Below, piece after piece: positions 7,343-14,248 of a stretch of DNA of 45,491 bases; position 1 is the stretch's first letter; each line of letters begins with the position of its first letter. The translations under genes and the position numbers were made by a program. This DNA is from Escherichia phage fEg-Eco06: the sequence record PQ141284.1, one strand, 5' to 3'. The notes below the pieces were generated by a model. It did no database searches. It was not told where the DNA came from and was given only the letters and a program-made list of their open reading frames with translations.

Positions 7343-8824
7343 ATGTTAACTATGAACGGTCATAATCAGGGTGTTAAGACAAAACACCGGGAATGGCTGC
7401 AGCACTTCAATAAATGGCAGAAGGTTCGCCATGCGCTGGAAGGCGACCTTATTCGCTATCTGCGCAACGTTGGGAAGAATGAGCCGGACCCGACCTACGC
7501 GGCACAGCGCCAGGAAGAATACGAGAACGGCGCTATCTGTTACAACTTCACCAAGAGAACGCTGGCGGGGATGGTCGGCAGTGTCATGCGCAAAGACCCT
7601 GAGCAAATTATCCCGCATGAACTGGAATACCTGTTGCACAACGCTGACGGTTCAGGCGTCTGGCTGTGGCAGCACGCGCAGGATACGTTAATGGAGATTA
7701 ACTCGATAGGACGTGGTGGGTTGCTGGTTGACGCCCCGGAGACTGCTGCCGCAACGGCAGCTGAACAGAACGCAGGGTTATTAAACCCGGTCATCGCATT
7801 CTACACCGCAGAGAACATCATCAACTGGCGACTGACCCGCGTCGGTTCTGTTAACCGTGTGACAATGGTCGTGTTGCGTGAAGTGTGGGAATACTCAGAA
7901 CCTGGAGCAGAGTTCGAAACTAAGTTCGGTGAACAGTACCGCGTCCTTGACCTGATTGATGGTCGCTACCGCCAGCGCATTTACCGTTTCGACGCCGAGG
8001 GCGGCGCTCAGGGCGAAGTAATCGAAATCTTCCCGGAACTCGGCGAACAGTTACGCGGCAAAATCCCGTTCACGTTCATTGGTGCAAGCAACAACGATGC
8101 AACCATTGACGATGCACCTTTGCTGCCGTTGGCTGAGCTTAATATTGGGCATTTCCGCAACAGTGCAGACAATGAGGAGTCCAGCTTCGTCGTAGGCCAG
8201 CCTACTCTGTTCATCGCCCCCGGTGAGAACATGAGCATGGAACAATGGAAAGAAGCCAACCCGCACGGAGTGCGTATGGGGTCACGTTCTGGCCATAACA
8301 TCGGTTACGGCGGCAATGCGTTTCTGGTCCAGGCCGGTGAGAACAACCTAGCCAAGCAGAACATGCTGGATAAAGAGAATCAGGCCATCCAGATTGGTGC
8401 GCAGCTTATCACCCCTACCCAGCAAATCACCGCTGAATCAGCCCGCCTGCAACGTGGTGCCGACACGTCCGTTATGGCGACAATTGCACGTAACGTAAGC
8501 ATGGCGTATACCGATGCGCTAAAGTGGGTTGCGGGTATGCTTGGGCTTAGTGACGGCACTGAAATTGAGTTCAAACTGAACATGGAGTTCTTCCTGCAAC
8601 CAATGACCGCCCAGGACCGCGCTCAGTGGATGGCGGATATTAACGCGGGCCTGTTACCGGCTACCGCTTACTATGCCGCGTTGCGTAAGGCGGGGGTAAC
8701 TGACTGGACAGACGAGGACATTCAGAACGCTATCGAGGATGCGCCGCTGCCGTTAGGTGCTGTTACTCAGGTGGCGGGGGAGATTCCGCAGTCGGCGCAG
8801 CAACAGGACACCACTCAGCCGTAA
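7343..8824 (+). CDS. portal protein
   Basis: 493 aa, directly after terL, with AAGAGGA SD and an acidic/Gln-rich C-terminus. Called from synteny and size. Confidence 0.75.
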   Translation: MLTMNGHNQGVKTKHREWLQHFNKWQKVRHALEGDLIRYLRNVGKNEPDPTYAAQRQEEYENGAICYNFTKRTLAGMVGSVMRKDPEQIIPHELEYLLHNADGSGVWLWQHAQDTLMEINSIGRGGLLVDAPETAAATAAEQNAGLLNPVIAFYTAENIINWRLTRVGSVNRVTMVVLREVWEYSEPGAEFETKFGEQYRVLDLIDGRYRQRIYRFDAEGGAQGEVIEIFPELGEQLRGKIPFTFIGASNNDATIDDAPLLPLAELNIGHFRNSADNEESSFVVGQPTLFIAPGENMSMEQWKEANPHGVRMGSRSGHNIGYGGNAFLVQAGENNLAKQNMLDKENQAIQIGAQLITPTQQITAESARLQRGADTSVMATIARNVSMAYTDALKWVAGMLGLSDGTEIEFKLNMEFFLQPMTAQDRAQWMADINAGLLPATAYYAALRKAGVTDWTDEDIQNAIEDAPLPLGAVTQVAGEIPQSAQQQDTTQP

Positions 8825-8834
8825 GTTCACATAT

Positions 8835-8855
8835 AGCCCCGAAAGGGGCTTTCTT
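8835..8855 (+). terminator. hairpin/terminator after portal
   Basis: AGCCCC, loop GAAA, GGGGCT, then TTCTT. Confidence 0.5.
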
Positions 8856-8860
8856 ATAGT

Positions 8861-10831
8861 ATGCTATTAACTTTAGTACCACAGGGTTTAACTATGAGCT
8901 TACTTACATCCCTCATCAGCCATCAGATATGGCTGCAACGCACCGCATCCGGTGAGGTGAAAGACCTCACACCGTTCATTCAGGAGATGCGGGATGAAAT
9001 TAAACGGCAGGTGCTGTTATTCGGTGACGACGGTCGTAGCACTGCGCGACTGAATAAATTGTTACGCGACCTTGAGGAAGCACTAACCGGACTTACGGGC
9101 GACTGGCAGACAAAGCTGACAGAAGACCTTAAGGAACTGGCGGCGTATGAGGCCGAGTGGAACGTAAAGACTCTGACCGCCAACGTTAACGCGGAATTTG
9201 TTACCCCTACCGCGGAACAGGTGTGGGCCGCTGCCGAGTTTCAGCCATTATCGTTGAGTGACAAGCCCGTTGATTTCACTAAGCTGATGGACGGCTGGGG
9301 TGAAACAGAAGTCGCGCGCCTGGTAACCGGCGTTAAGATGGGCTTTGTACAAGGCCAAACCACACGGCAGATTGTTAAGAACGTCGTAGGCGCTGGCGGA
9401 CTGGCGGACATCTCTGAGCGTAACGCGGCCACCGTAATCCGTACTGCACTGTCTCACGTATCCAACGAAGCACGTAACGAGACGTACCGCCAGAACGACG
9501 ACATCATCGAGAAATATGAGTGGGTGTCTACGCTGGACAGCCGTACCAGTACAACGTGTTTCACGGCTGAAACAGAATTAGCGCCCATCGCGGGGATGGA
9601 CGCGGTAATGCGCGGACTCTATTCAGGAAAAATCTTTACCATCGAACTTTCCAACGGCGAGAAGTTCAGTGGCACCCCGAAACACCCTGTACTCACGCAA
9701 TACGGATGGACTCCGCTTGATGAACTCGATCCAACTAAGCATGTCTTGTATACCACTGTTGACAAAGTGACTGTGCTCGAAACAGTGAAGAACATAAACA
9801 TGCCAGCCAGAGCGGATTATATTTTTAATACGCTCGCTGATTTCCCCATCAGGAAAATGGTAAGCACGAGTCCCGCGGCAACAGATTTCTATGGCGATGG
9901 AGTGGGACTCAATGGCAAAATCGACATTGTACGGGCCGATTGCAAACTGCGGAACTACGTCCACGCCAGCGGAATTAAACAATTCAAAAGCGAGGGTTTC
10001 AGTCTTATTCATAGCGCCGCTTTGCTGTCGGACGATAGCTCTGGCGATTTTCTCCTCCGGGGTGAATGTCCTGTGAGTGTGCCCGCGCTTAGCGAGGCCA
10101 AGTGTTTTGACCATAGAATAGAAAACTGTTTTGCTTACTTGGGTCCTTCTTATGCACTCAATAGGCGGGACGCCGGACTCGAACAATTCTATAGCCCTTT
10201 TTTGATTCAAAATGGTGTCGTTAGAAACCCAACCACGGGGTCGATCATGCATGAGTCCGAGCTTCTTGAGAAATGTTGTTACCGTGGTGGTAGTGACGCC
10301 GTAATTCTTGGCTATGATGCTGGCGGGAGTGCCATCTCGGTACAAAGAACAAATATCATCCGCATAAGCGTCGAGTTTAGAACGTGCCATGTTTATACCC
10401 TCTCTAGTAGTCAAGGATATTATACAGCAGGTAGTGCGATAGTCAAGAATTGCAGGGCCAGAGACGGGATGGCGTGGGAAATCGGTAAAGGTCCGATGCC
10501 CCCCGCCCATCCGAACTGTCGAAGTACCACTGCACCTGTAATCAGTTCGGAGTTCGACTTCCTGGATAAAGGCGCAAAACGCGCGGCTAAGGGTGCAGAA
10601 GGCGGCACTCAGGTAAGCGCAGACACCACATATTACGAGTTCCTGAAACAACAGCCCGCATGGTTTCAGGACCAGGCGCTCGGCCCGGTGCGAGGTAAGA
10701 TTTTCCGTAACAGCGGTATATCGCCGGAAGAGTTTCGCGTAATATCTGTAGATGGTTTCGGGAATCCGCTCACGCTTAAGCAGATGGCGGAACTCGATAA
10801 ACGTGTTGCTGATTATCTGAAAGGGGGATAA
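8861..10831 (+). CDS. head morphogenesis protein (Mu F / SPP1 gp7-like), intein-containing precursor
   Basis: 656-aa ORF. The extein halves join as ...EWVSTLDSRTSTT / CRARDGMAWEIGKGPMPPAHPNCRST, the Mu-F-type C-terminal motif. The predicted spliced product is 358 aa. An alternative start is ATG 8894. Confidence 0.75.
   Translation: MLLTLVPQGLTMSLLTSLISHQIWLQRTASGEVKDLTPFIQEMRDEIKRQVLLFGDDGRSTARLNKLLRDLEEALTGLTGDWQTKLTEDLKELAAYEAEWNVKTLTANVNAEFVTPTAEQVWAAAEFQPLSLSDKPVDFTKLMDGWGETEVARLVTGVKMGFVQGQTTRQIVKNVVGAGGLADISERNAATVIRTALSHVSNEARNETYRQNDDIIEKYEWVSTLDSRTSTTCFTAETELAPIAGMDAVMRGLYSGKIFTIELSNGEKFSGTPKHPVLTQYGWTPLDELDPTKHVLYTTVDKVTVLETVKNINMPARADYIFNTLADFPIRKMVSTSPAATDFYGDGVGLNGKIDIVRADCKLRNYVHASGIKQFKSEGFSLIHSAALLSDDSSGDFLLRGECPVSVPALSEAKCFDHRIENCFAYLGPSYALNRRDAGLEQFYSPFLIQNGVVRNPTTGSIMHESELLEKCCYRGGSDAVILGYDAGGSAISVQRTNIIRISVEFRTCHVYTLSSSQGYYTAGSAIVKNCRARDGMAWEIGKGPMPPAHPNCRSTTAPVISSEFDFLDKGAKRAAKGAEGGTQVSADTTYYEFLKQQPAWFQDQALGPVRGKIFRNSGISPEEFRVISVDGFGNPLTLKQMAELDKRVADYLKGG
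9623..10390 (-). CDS. putative homing endonuclease (two HTH motifs plus Vsr/DUF559-like PD-(D/E)XK domain) encoded antisense within the intein
   Basis: 255 aa from ATG 10390 (MARSKLDAYADD...). SD AGAGAGGG lies 7 nt upstream. HTH-like segments are GTPASIIAKNYGVTTTTVTTFLKKLGL and GVPPIECIRRTQVSKTVFYSMVKTLGL. The nuclease-like core is ETLAFELF...QFAIGPYNVDFAI..HSIAIEI...SGWHVYVL. Confidence 0.65.
   Translation of the reverse strand: MARSKLDAYADDICSLYRDGTPASIIAKNYGVTTTTVTTFLKKLGLMHDRPRGWVSNDTILNQKRAIELFESGVPPIECIRRTQVSKTVFYSMVKTLGLAKRGHTHRTFTPEEKIARAIVRQQSGAMNKTETLAFELFNSAGVDVVPQFAIGPYNVDFAIESHSIAIEICCRGTRAYHFPDGEISERIKNIIRSGWHVYVLHCFEHSHFVNSGIQDMLSWIEFIKRSPSVLREYRVFRGATELLAVGKFDGKDFS
10419..10446 (-). 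promoter_or_regulatory. near-consensus sigma70 promoter for the antisense endonuclease gene
   Basis: On the minus strand: TTGACT (10446-10441), 16-nt spacer, TATAAT (10424-10419). This lies 28 nt upstream of ATG 10390 and inside the intein C-terminal splicing-block codons. Confidence 0.65.
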
Positions 10832-11292
10832 TGATGGGCTTTTTCAAAGTAACTGATGTACCGTCGCGTCGCGTTGTCCAGTTTGCTCGCGTGTCTGGCT
10901 CCGGCGAGAACGTGGTGGCTATTGGGGACGAAAGTGTGCTGGGTACACCAGTAGACGATATGCCGTTTGCGGATAAAACCGGTATTGCGCTACCCGCGGC
11001 AGGGATGCTTTACGAGATTCCGTATCTGGCGGACGCAGGCGATGTGTATCTCTCTGTACAACCGAAAGACACAGAACTGACAGACGGCAGCGCGACTATC
11101 ACTGTCGAAGTTAAGGCCGGTAAAGCACCATACGCGCTGACCTGGTACAAAGACGGTAAGGAAGTGGTAAACGCCCCTGCAGAGGCTCTGTCTCTGACGG
11201 TTAACGCGGTGGGTGAATACTTCGTTAAAGTTACCGATGCCGATGGCGTAGAGGCCTTCAGTAAAGCGGCGAAGGTTATTAAGCCCGAATGA
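10831..11292 (+). CDS. Ig-like domain protein (possible capsid decoration/accessory protein)
   Basis: 153 aa. The C-terminal YALTWYKDGKEVVNAPAEALSLTVNAVGEYFVKVTDADG is an I-set/Big-type Ig signature. Confidence 0.6.
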   Translation: MMGFFKVTDVPSRRVVQFARVSGSGENVVAIGDESVLGTPVDDMPFADKTGIALPAAGMLYEIPYLADAGDVYLSVQPKDTELTDGSATITVEVKAGKAPYALTWYKDGKEVVNAPAEALSLTVNAVGEYFVKVTDADGVEAFSKAAKVIKPE

Positions 11293-11296
11293 TAAG

Positions 11297-11322
11297 AGGC
11301 CCCGTTATGGGGCCTTAGTTTT
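11297..11322. terminator. bidirectional rho-independent terminator
   Basis: AGGCCCC (11297-11303), loop GTTAT, GGGGCCT (11309-11315), then TAGTTTT. Lies between convergent genes. Confidence 0.65.
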
Positions 11323-11525
11323 CAACGGAATCTTGTGTTTAAATCCTGCTCATGGACAACCCTCAGAACAGTGTCATAATCCCCGTATCTTCCAGGTTCA
11401 AATATATCTAATGCCTTGTAAGCAGACATTGCGTCAGGGAAAACCTGCAGAACCTTTTTAACCCGGCACAAGTCACCGTCGAACTCTTCATCGAACTCTT
11501 GAACTACTTCGCAAATTGCATACAT
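11322..11525 (-). CDS. hypothetical protein
   Basis: 67-aa ORF with a perfect SD AGGAGGTGA upstream of ATG 11525 and its own promoter. Confidence 0.65.
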   Translation of the reverse strand: MYAICEVVQEFDEEFDGDLCRVKKVLQVFPDAMSAYKALDIFEPGRYGDYDTVLRVVHEQDLNTRFR

Positions 11526-11552
11526 TTTTCACCTCCTGTTTAAGTTAACTGA

Positions 11553-11581
11553 ATAGTACCCTATTATATTGGTGTGTGCAA
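11553..11581 (-). promoter_or_regulatory. promoter, TTGCAC-N17-TACTATTCA family
   Basis: On the minus strand: TTGCAC (11581-11576), 17 nt, TACTAT (11558-11553). Near-identical over ~35 nt to 21098-21126(-) and 44443-44471(+). Confidence 0.55.
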
Positions 11582-11603
11582 ACTATTTATTTACGTATTC
11601 CAG

Positions 11604-11634
11604 TTATTCCACTCAATTGTAAATGTTGGAATAA
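11604..11634. repeat. inverted repeat TTATTCCA-N15-TGGAATAA (operator-like)
   Basis: TTATTCCA at 11604-11611 and TGGAATAA at 11627-11634. ATGTTGGAATAA recurs at 12406-12417. Confidence 0.4.
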
Positions 11635-11647
11635 ACTATTCGAATAG

Positions 11648-11676
11648 TTGACTTTTCACTAAAAATGTGCTAAGCT
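11648..11676 (+). promoter_or_regulatory. sigma70-like promoter (candidate late promoter)
   Basis: TTGACT 11648-11653, 17-nt spacer, TAAGCT 11671-11676. Confidence 0.5.
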
Positions 11677-11682
11677 CCACCT

Positions 11683-11880
11683 GAGCTTGTGAAGTATGAA
11701 CAAGCGACCGCGGCGCGGGCAGGTAACGGAGCGGGACGTAAGTCCTGAGTGTAGTTACGCTGACGCGTTCGGAAGGGCCATACTCTATTGCTTGTGTAAA
11801 AAGTAACTGGTTTACTGAGATTACGCCGTTTCTATGTTTAAATGATAAGGACTAGCGCCCCGCTTTAAGGCGGGGCTTTA
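11683..11880 (+). ncRNA. ~200-nt noncoding leader / short terminated transcript upstream of late genes
   Basis: No ORF of 60 aa or more. Bounded by the promoter at 11648-11676 and the terminator at 11857-11880. An internal hairpin GCTTGT...ACAAGC lies at about 11686-11706. Confidence 0.35.
11857..11880 (+). terminator. rho-independent terminator/attenuator just upstream of Rz
   Basis: GCCCCGC (11857-11863), 6-nt loop, GCGGGGC (11870-11876), then TTTA. Confidence 0.5.
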
Positions 11881-11900
11881 CTTATCGAGAAAGGGGAAAC

Positions 11901-12287
11901 ATGAATCTTAAAGCAACTGTCGTGGCAGGAGCATGTTTCATCATCCTGGCTTACACACACGGCATCTACCAGTATCGCAGCGGCTGGAACGAAGGCCGGG
12001 CGAATCTCGTTTCGCAGCAACAGCAGAAAGTACAGGCTGAGTTAGCGAAGAAAACACAACGGCAGCAGCAGGATGAATCAAAGGCCGCCGCCGCCGACAA
12101 CGAAGGCAAGACGAAATCAGAGGTGATTACCCGTGAAGTCGTTAAGTACATTAAAACGCCTGGTCGCAGCGTGTGCACTTTTGACGATGCTCGCGTCCTG
12201 CTCAAGTCCCGCGCCGTCGCCAACGCCAATTCCATCTCCGGATACGACGATGATGCAGCCGCCGTGCAAGCTGGCGCCACCAAGTAG
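11901..12287 (+). CDS. Rz: i-spanin (Rz-like)
   Basis: 128 aa. N-terminal TMD (VVAGACFIILAYTHGIY), then a Gln/charged coiled-coil periplasmic domain. Contains or overlaps a lipoprotein ORF in another frame. Confidence 0.7.
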   Translation: MNLKATVVAGACFIILAYTHGIYQYRSGWNEGRANLVSQQQQKVQAELAKKTQRQQQDESKAAAADNEGKTKSEVITREVVKYIKTPGRSVCTFDDARVLLKSRAVANANSISGYDDDAAAVQAGATK

Positions 12288-12396
12288 TGACGCGGACGAG
12301 GATTTAGCTATCGACGTTCAGAACGCCGAATGCGTACGGCAACTGAGACTGAAAGTGTTCATGTTGCAGGATTACGTGAGGAATATTCTGGAATAG
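12133..12396 (+). CDS. Rz1: o-spanin (Rz1-like outer-membrane lipoprotein)
   Basis: Signal peptide with lipobox LTMLAS|C, followed by a Pro-rich mature region. Out of frame with Rz, overlapping it and extending beyond it. Confidence 0.7.
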   Translation: MKSLSTLKRLVAACALLTMLASCSSPAPSPTPIPSPDTTMMQPPCKLAPPSSDADEDLAIDVQNAECVRQLRLKVFMLQDYVRNILE

Positions 12397-12478
12397 TTGC
12401 CTTGCATGTTGGAATAATTTATTCTTGACATGTAAATCCGGGTGGCCCGGATTCCAACGTCCAGGGGACATACTGACT

Positions 12479-13183
12479 ATGAATCGTTTTTTACGTTATC
12501 CGTTCCAGGAAGAAGCTGGAGCAGAAGATAAAGCTGGTGGCGGTGACGCTCCTAAAATGTTCACCGCTGAAGAAGTTCAGGCGCTGATTGAGAAAGAAGT
12601 TGCCGGGCTTAAGGCCAATCAGGAAGCATTGCTGGCGGAGAAGAAAGAAGCCGCCCGTAAAGCAAAAGAGGCCGAAGAAGAACGGCAGCGTGCGCACCAG
12701 GAGGCGTTAAAGGCCGCCGGTAAGATGGACGAGTTTGAAAAGACGATTCGTAGCCAGTATGACCCGGTGTTAGCCGAGAAAGATGGCCGCATCTCCAAAA
12801 TGGCAGAGCGCATCCTCGGCAGCGAACGTAAAGCGGTGCTAGGCTCTTTCGCGGGTGACTTTATTACCCCGGAAGCAGTGGACATCCTTGCGCCGTTCGT
12901 TAAGACTGAGTTCGAAGGTGATGATGTGGTTACTAAGTTTGTCGGCGCAGACGGTAACGTAATCACGACTGACCCGGAACAGTTCCGCAAATACCTGCGA
13001 GAGCACAAAGCGTTTTCGCATTTGATTAAAGCAAATGCAGCTTCCGGCGGCGGGGCTTCCGGTAGCAAAGGCGGCGGGGCCGCACCAGCGTTTAAAGACA
13101 TGAGTGAAGCAGAGCGTATCGCTCTGTACGAATCGAACCCTGCCGAATTTGAACGGCAACTTAAAGCCCTGAGGAAAAAATAA
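12479..13183 (+). CDS. head scaffolding protein
   Basis: Highly charged, Ala/Glu/Lys-rich helical protein directly upstream of the major capsid gene. ATG 12479 is preferred to the track TTG 12425. Confidence 0.65.
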   Translation: MNRFLRYPFQEEAGAEDKAGGGDAPKMFTAEEVQALIEKEVAGLKANQEALLAEKKEAARKAKEAEEERQRAHQEALKAAGKMDEFEKTIRSQYDPVLAEKDGRISKMAERILGSERKAVLGSFAGDFITPEAVDILAPFVKTEFEGDDVVTKFVGADGNVITTDPEQFRKYLREHKAFSHLIKANAASGGGASGSKGGGAAPAFKDMSEAERIALYESNPAEFERQLKALRKK

Positions 13184-14232
13184 TGGCAATTACTACTATC
13201 GGCGATATCGTAACTGGTAAAGAATCGGTTATTCTGTCTTACATGACAGAGGACCCGGTAGAAAAAACTGCGTTCTTCCAGTCTGGTATCCTTACCCCGA
13301 CTCCGTACGCCGCTGCTATCGCTAACGGCCCGTCTAACAAAGCGGTCCTGCCGTACTGGAAAGCTATTGATACCTCTATCGAGCCGAACTACTCGAACGA
13401 CGTATATCAGGACGTCGCTACCCCGCGTAACGTGCAGACCGGCGAGATGAACGTTCGCGTAGCTTACCTGAACGAAGGTTTTGGCCAGGCAGACTTGACG
13501 GTAGAACTTACCAGCCAGAACCCGCTGCAATCTGTAGCGTCCCGTCTGGATAACTTCTGGCAGCGCCAGGCACAACGCCGTCTGATTGCTACCGCGCTCG
13601 GCCTGTACAATGACAACGTAGCGGCTACCGATGCATACCACGAGCAGAATGACATGGTGATCGACGTTTCCGCTACTATGGGCTTCGACTCCGGTGCGTT
13701 CATCGACGCTACCCAGACTATGGGTGACGCGCTGATGGGTAACGGCGGTGAAGTGCTGGGGGCTATCGCGATGCACAGCTTCGTTTATGCGCAGGCTCGT
13801 AAGCAGCAGCTTATCGACTTCATCCGTGATGCTGACAACAACACCATGTTCGCCACCTACCAGGGCTACCGCGTGATTGTTGACGACAGCATGACCGTAG
13901 TCGGCACTGGCCCGACCCGTAAGTTCATCTCCATCATCTTCGGCAACGGCGCTATCGGTTACGGTGAAGGTTCTCCGTCCAACCCGCTGGAATACGAGCG
14001 CGAAGCGTCCCGCGGCAACGGCGGCGGCGTTGAAACCCTGTGGACCCGTAAGACCTGGTTGCTACATCCGTTTGGTTACAGCTTCACCAGTGCAGTAATC
14101 ACTGGCAACGGCACCGAGACTACCCCGCGCTCTGCTTCCTGGCAGGACCTGGCGAACGCCTCCAACTGGAACCGTGTGGTTGACCGCAAGCACGTACCGA
14201 TTGCCTTCCTGGTAACTGGTGTCGGTGCTTAA
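13183..14232 (+). CDS. major capsid protein
   Basis: 349 aa. Follows the scaffold with a TAATG overlap and is followed by a strong terminator. Called from synteny and size. Confidence 0.8.
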   Translation: MAITTIGDIVTGKESVILSYMTEDPVEKTAFFQSGILTPTPYAAAIANGPSNKAVLPYWKAIDTSIEPNYSNDVYQDVATPRNVQTGEMNVRVAYLNEGFGQADLTVELTSQNPLQSVASRLDNFWQRQAQRRLIATALGLYNDNVAATDAYHEQNDMVIDVSATMGFDSGAFIDATQTMGDALMGNGGEVLGAIAMHSFVYAQARKQQLIDFIRDADNNTMFATYQGYRVIVDDSMTVVGTGPTRKFISIIFGNGAIGYGEGSPSNPLEYEREASRGNGGGVETLWTRKTWLLHPFGYSFTSAVITGNGTETTPRSASWQDLANASNWNRVVDRKHVPIAFLVTGVGA

Positions 14233-14248
14233 GGTTAAGCTATAATCG

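Larger units (their letters stand above)
9557..10450 (+). mobile_element. intein (298 codons) in head morphogenesis gene
   Basis: Starts at Cys with CFTAETELAPIAG (block A). GTPKHPVLTQYGWTPLDELD carries the TxxH of block B. Ends HVYTLSSSQGYYTAGSAIVKN (blocks F/G) followed by a +1 Cys at 10451-10453. Confidence 0.75.

Noticed and set aside
9884-10330. Possible degenerate in-frame LAGLIDADG motifs in the intein sense frame: DFYGDGVGL at 9884-9907 and ILGYDAGGS at 10304-10330.
   Set aside because: Both are short Gly/Asp strings without the preceding amphipathic helix. Their spacing is longer than in typical double-motif enzymes. The first is simply the complement of the conserved nuclease-core codons (AIESHSIAIEI) of the minus-strand gene. 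This remains a caveat to the antisense-endonuclease interpretation, to be resolved by profile or structure search.
11690-11800. 36-codon ORF (MNKRPRRGQVTERDV...) inside the 11683-11880 noncoding leader.
   Set aside because: It has no convincing SD and its start lies inside a hairpin. It has an arbitrary basic composition and no coupling to neighbours. The region is better described as noncoding pending data.
12425-12478. TTG start at 12425 for the scaffold ORF as listed in the ORF track.
   Set aside because: The extension would translate through a TTGACA box and a perfect 8-bp hairpin and gives an unlikely N-terminus (MTCKSGWPGFQRPG..). ATG 12479 has an AGGGGA SD-like element upstream.
12619-13776. 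385-aa minus-strand ORF antisense to the scaffold and major capsid genes. It is the longest unexplained ORF in the track.
   Set aside because: It runs straight across the scaffold/capsid gene boundary. Its translation is low-complexity Ser/Arg/Ala-rich with no recognisable motif. I found no promoter or SD upstream of its start. Highly expressed sense genes with biased codon use commonly leave long stop-free antisense frames. I treat it as a shadow ORF. The intein-internal minus ORF differs in having a promoter, an SD and domain-like sequence.
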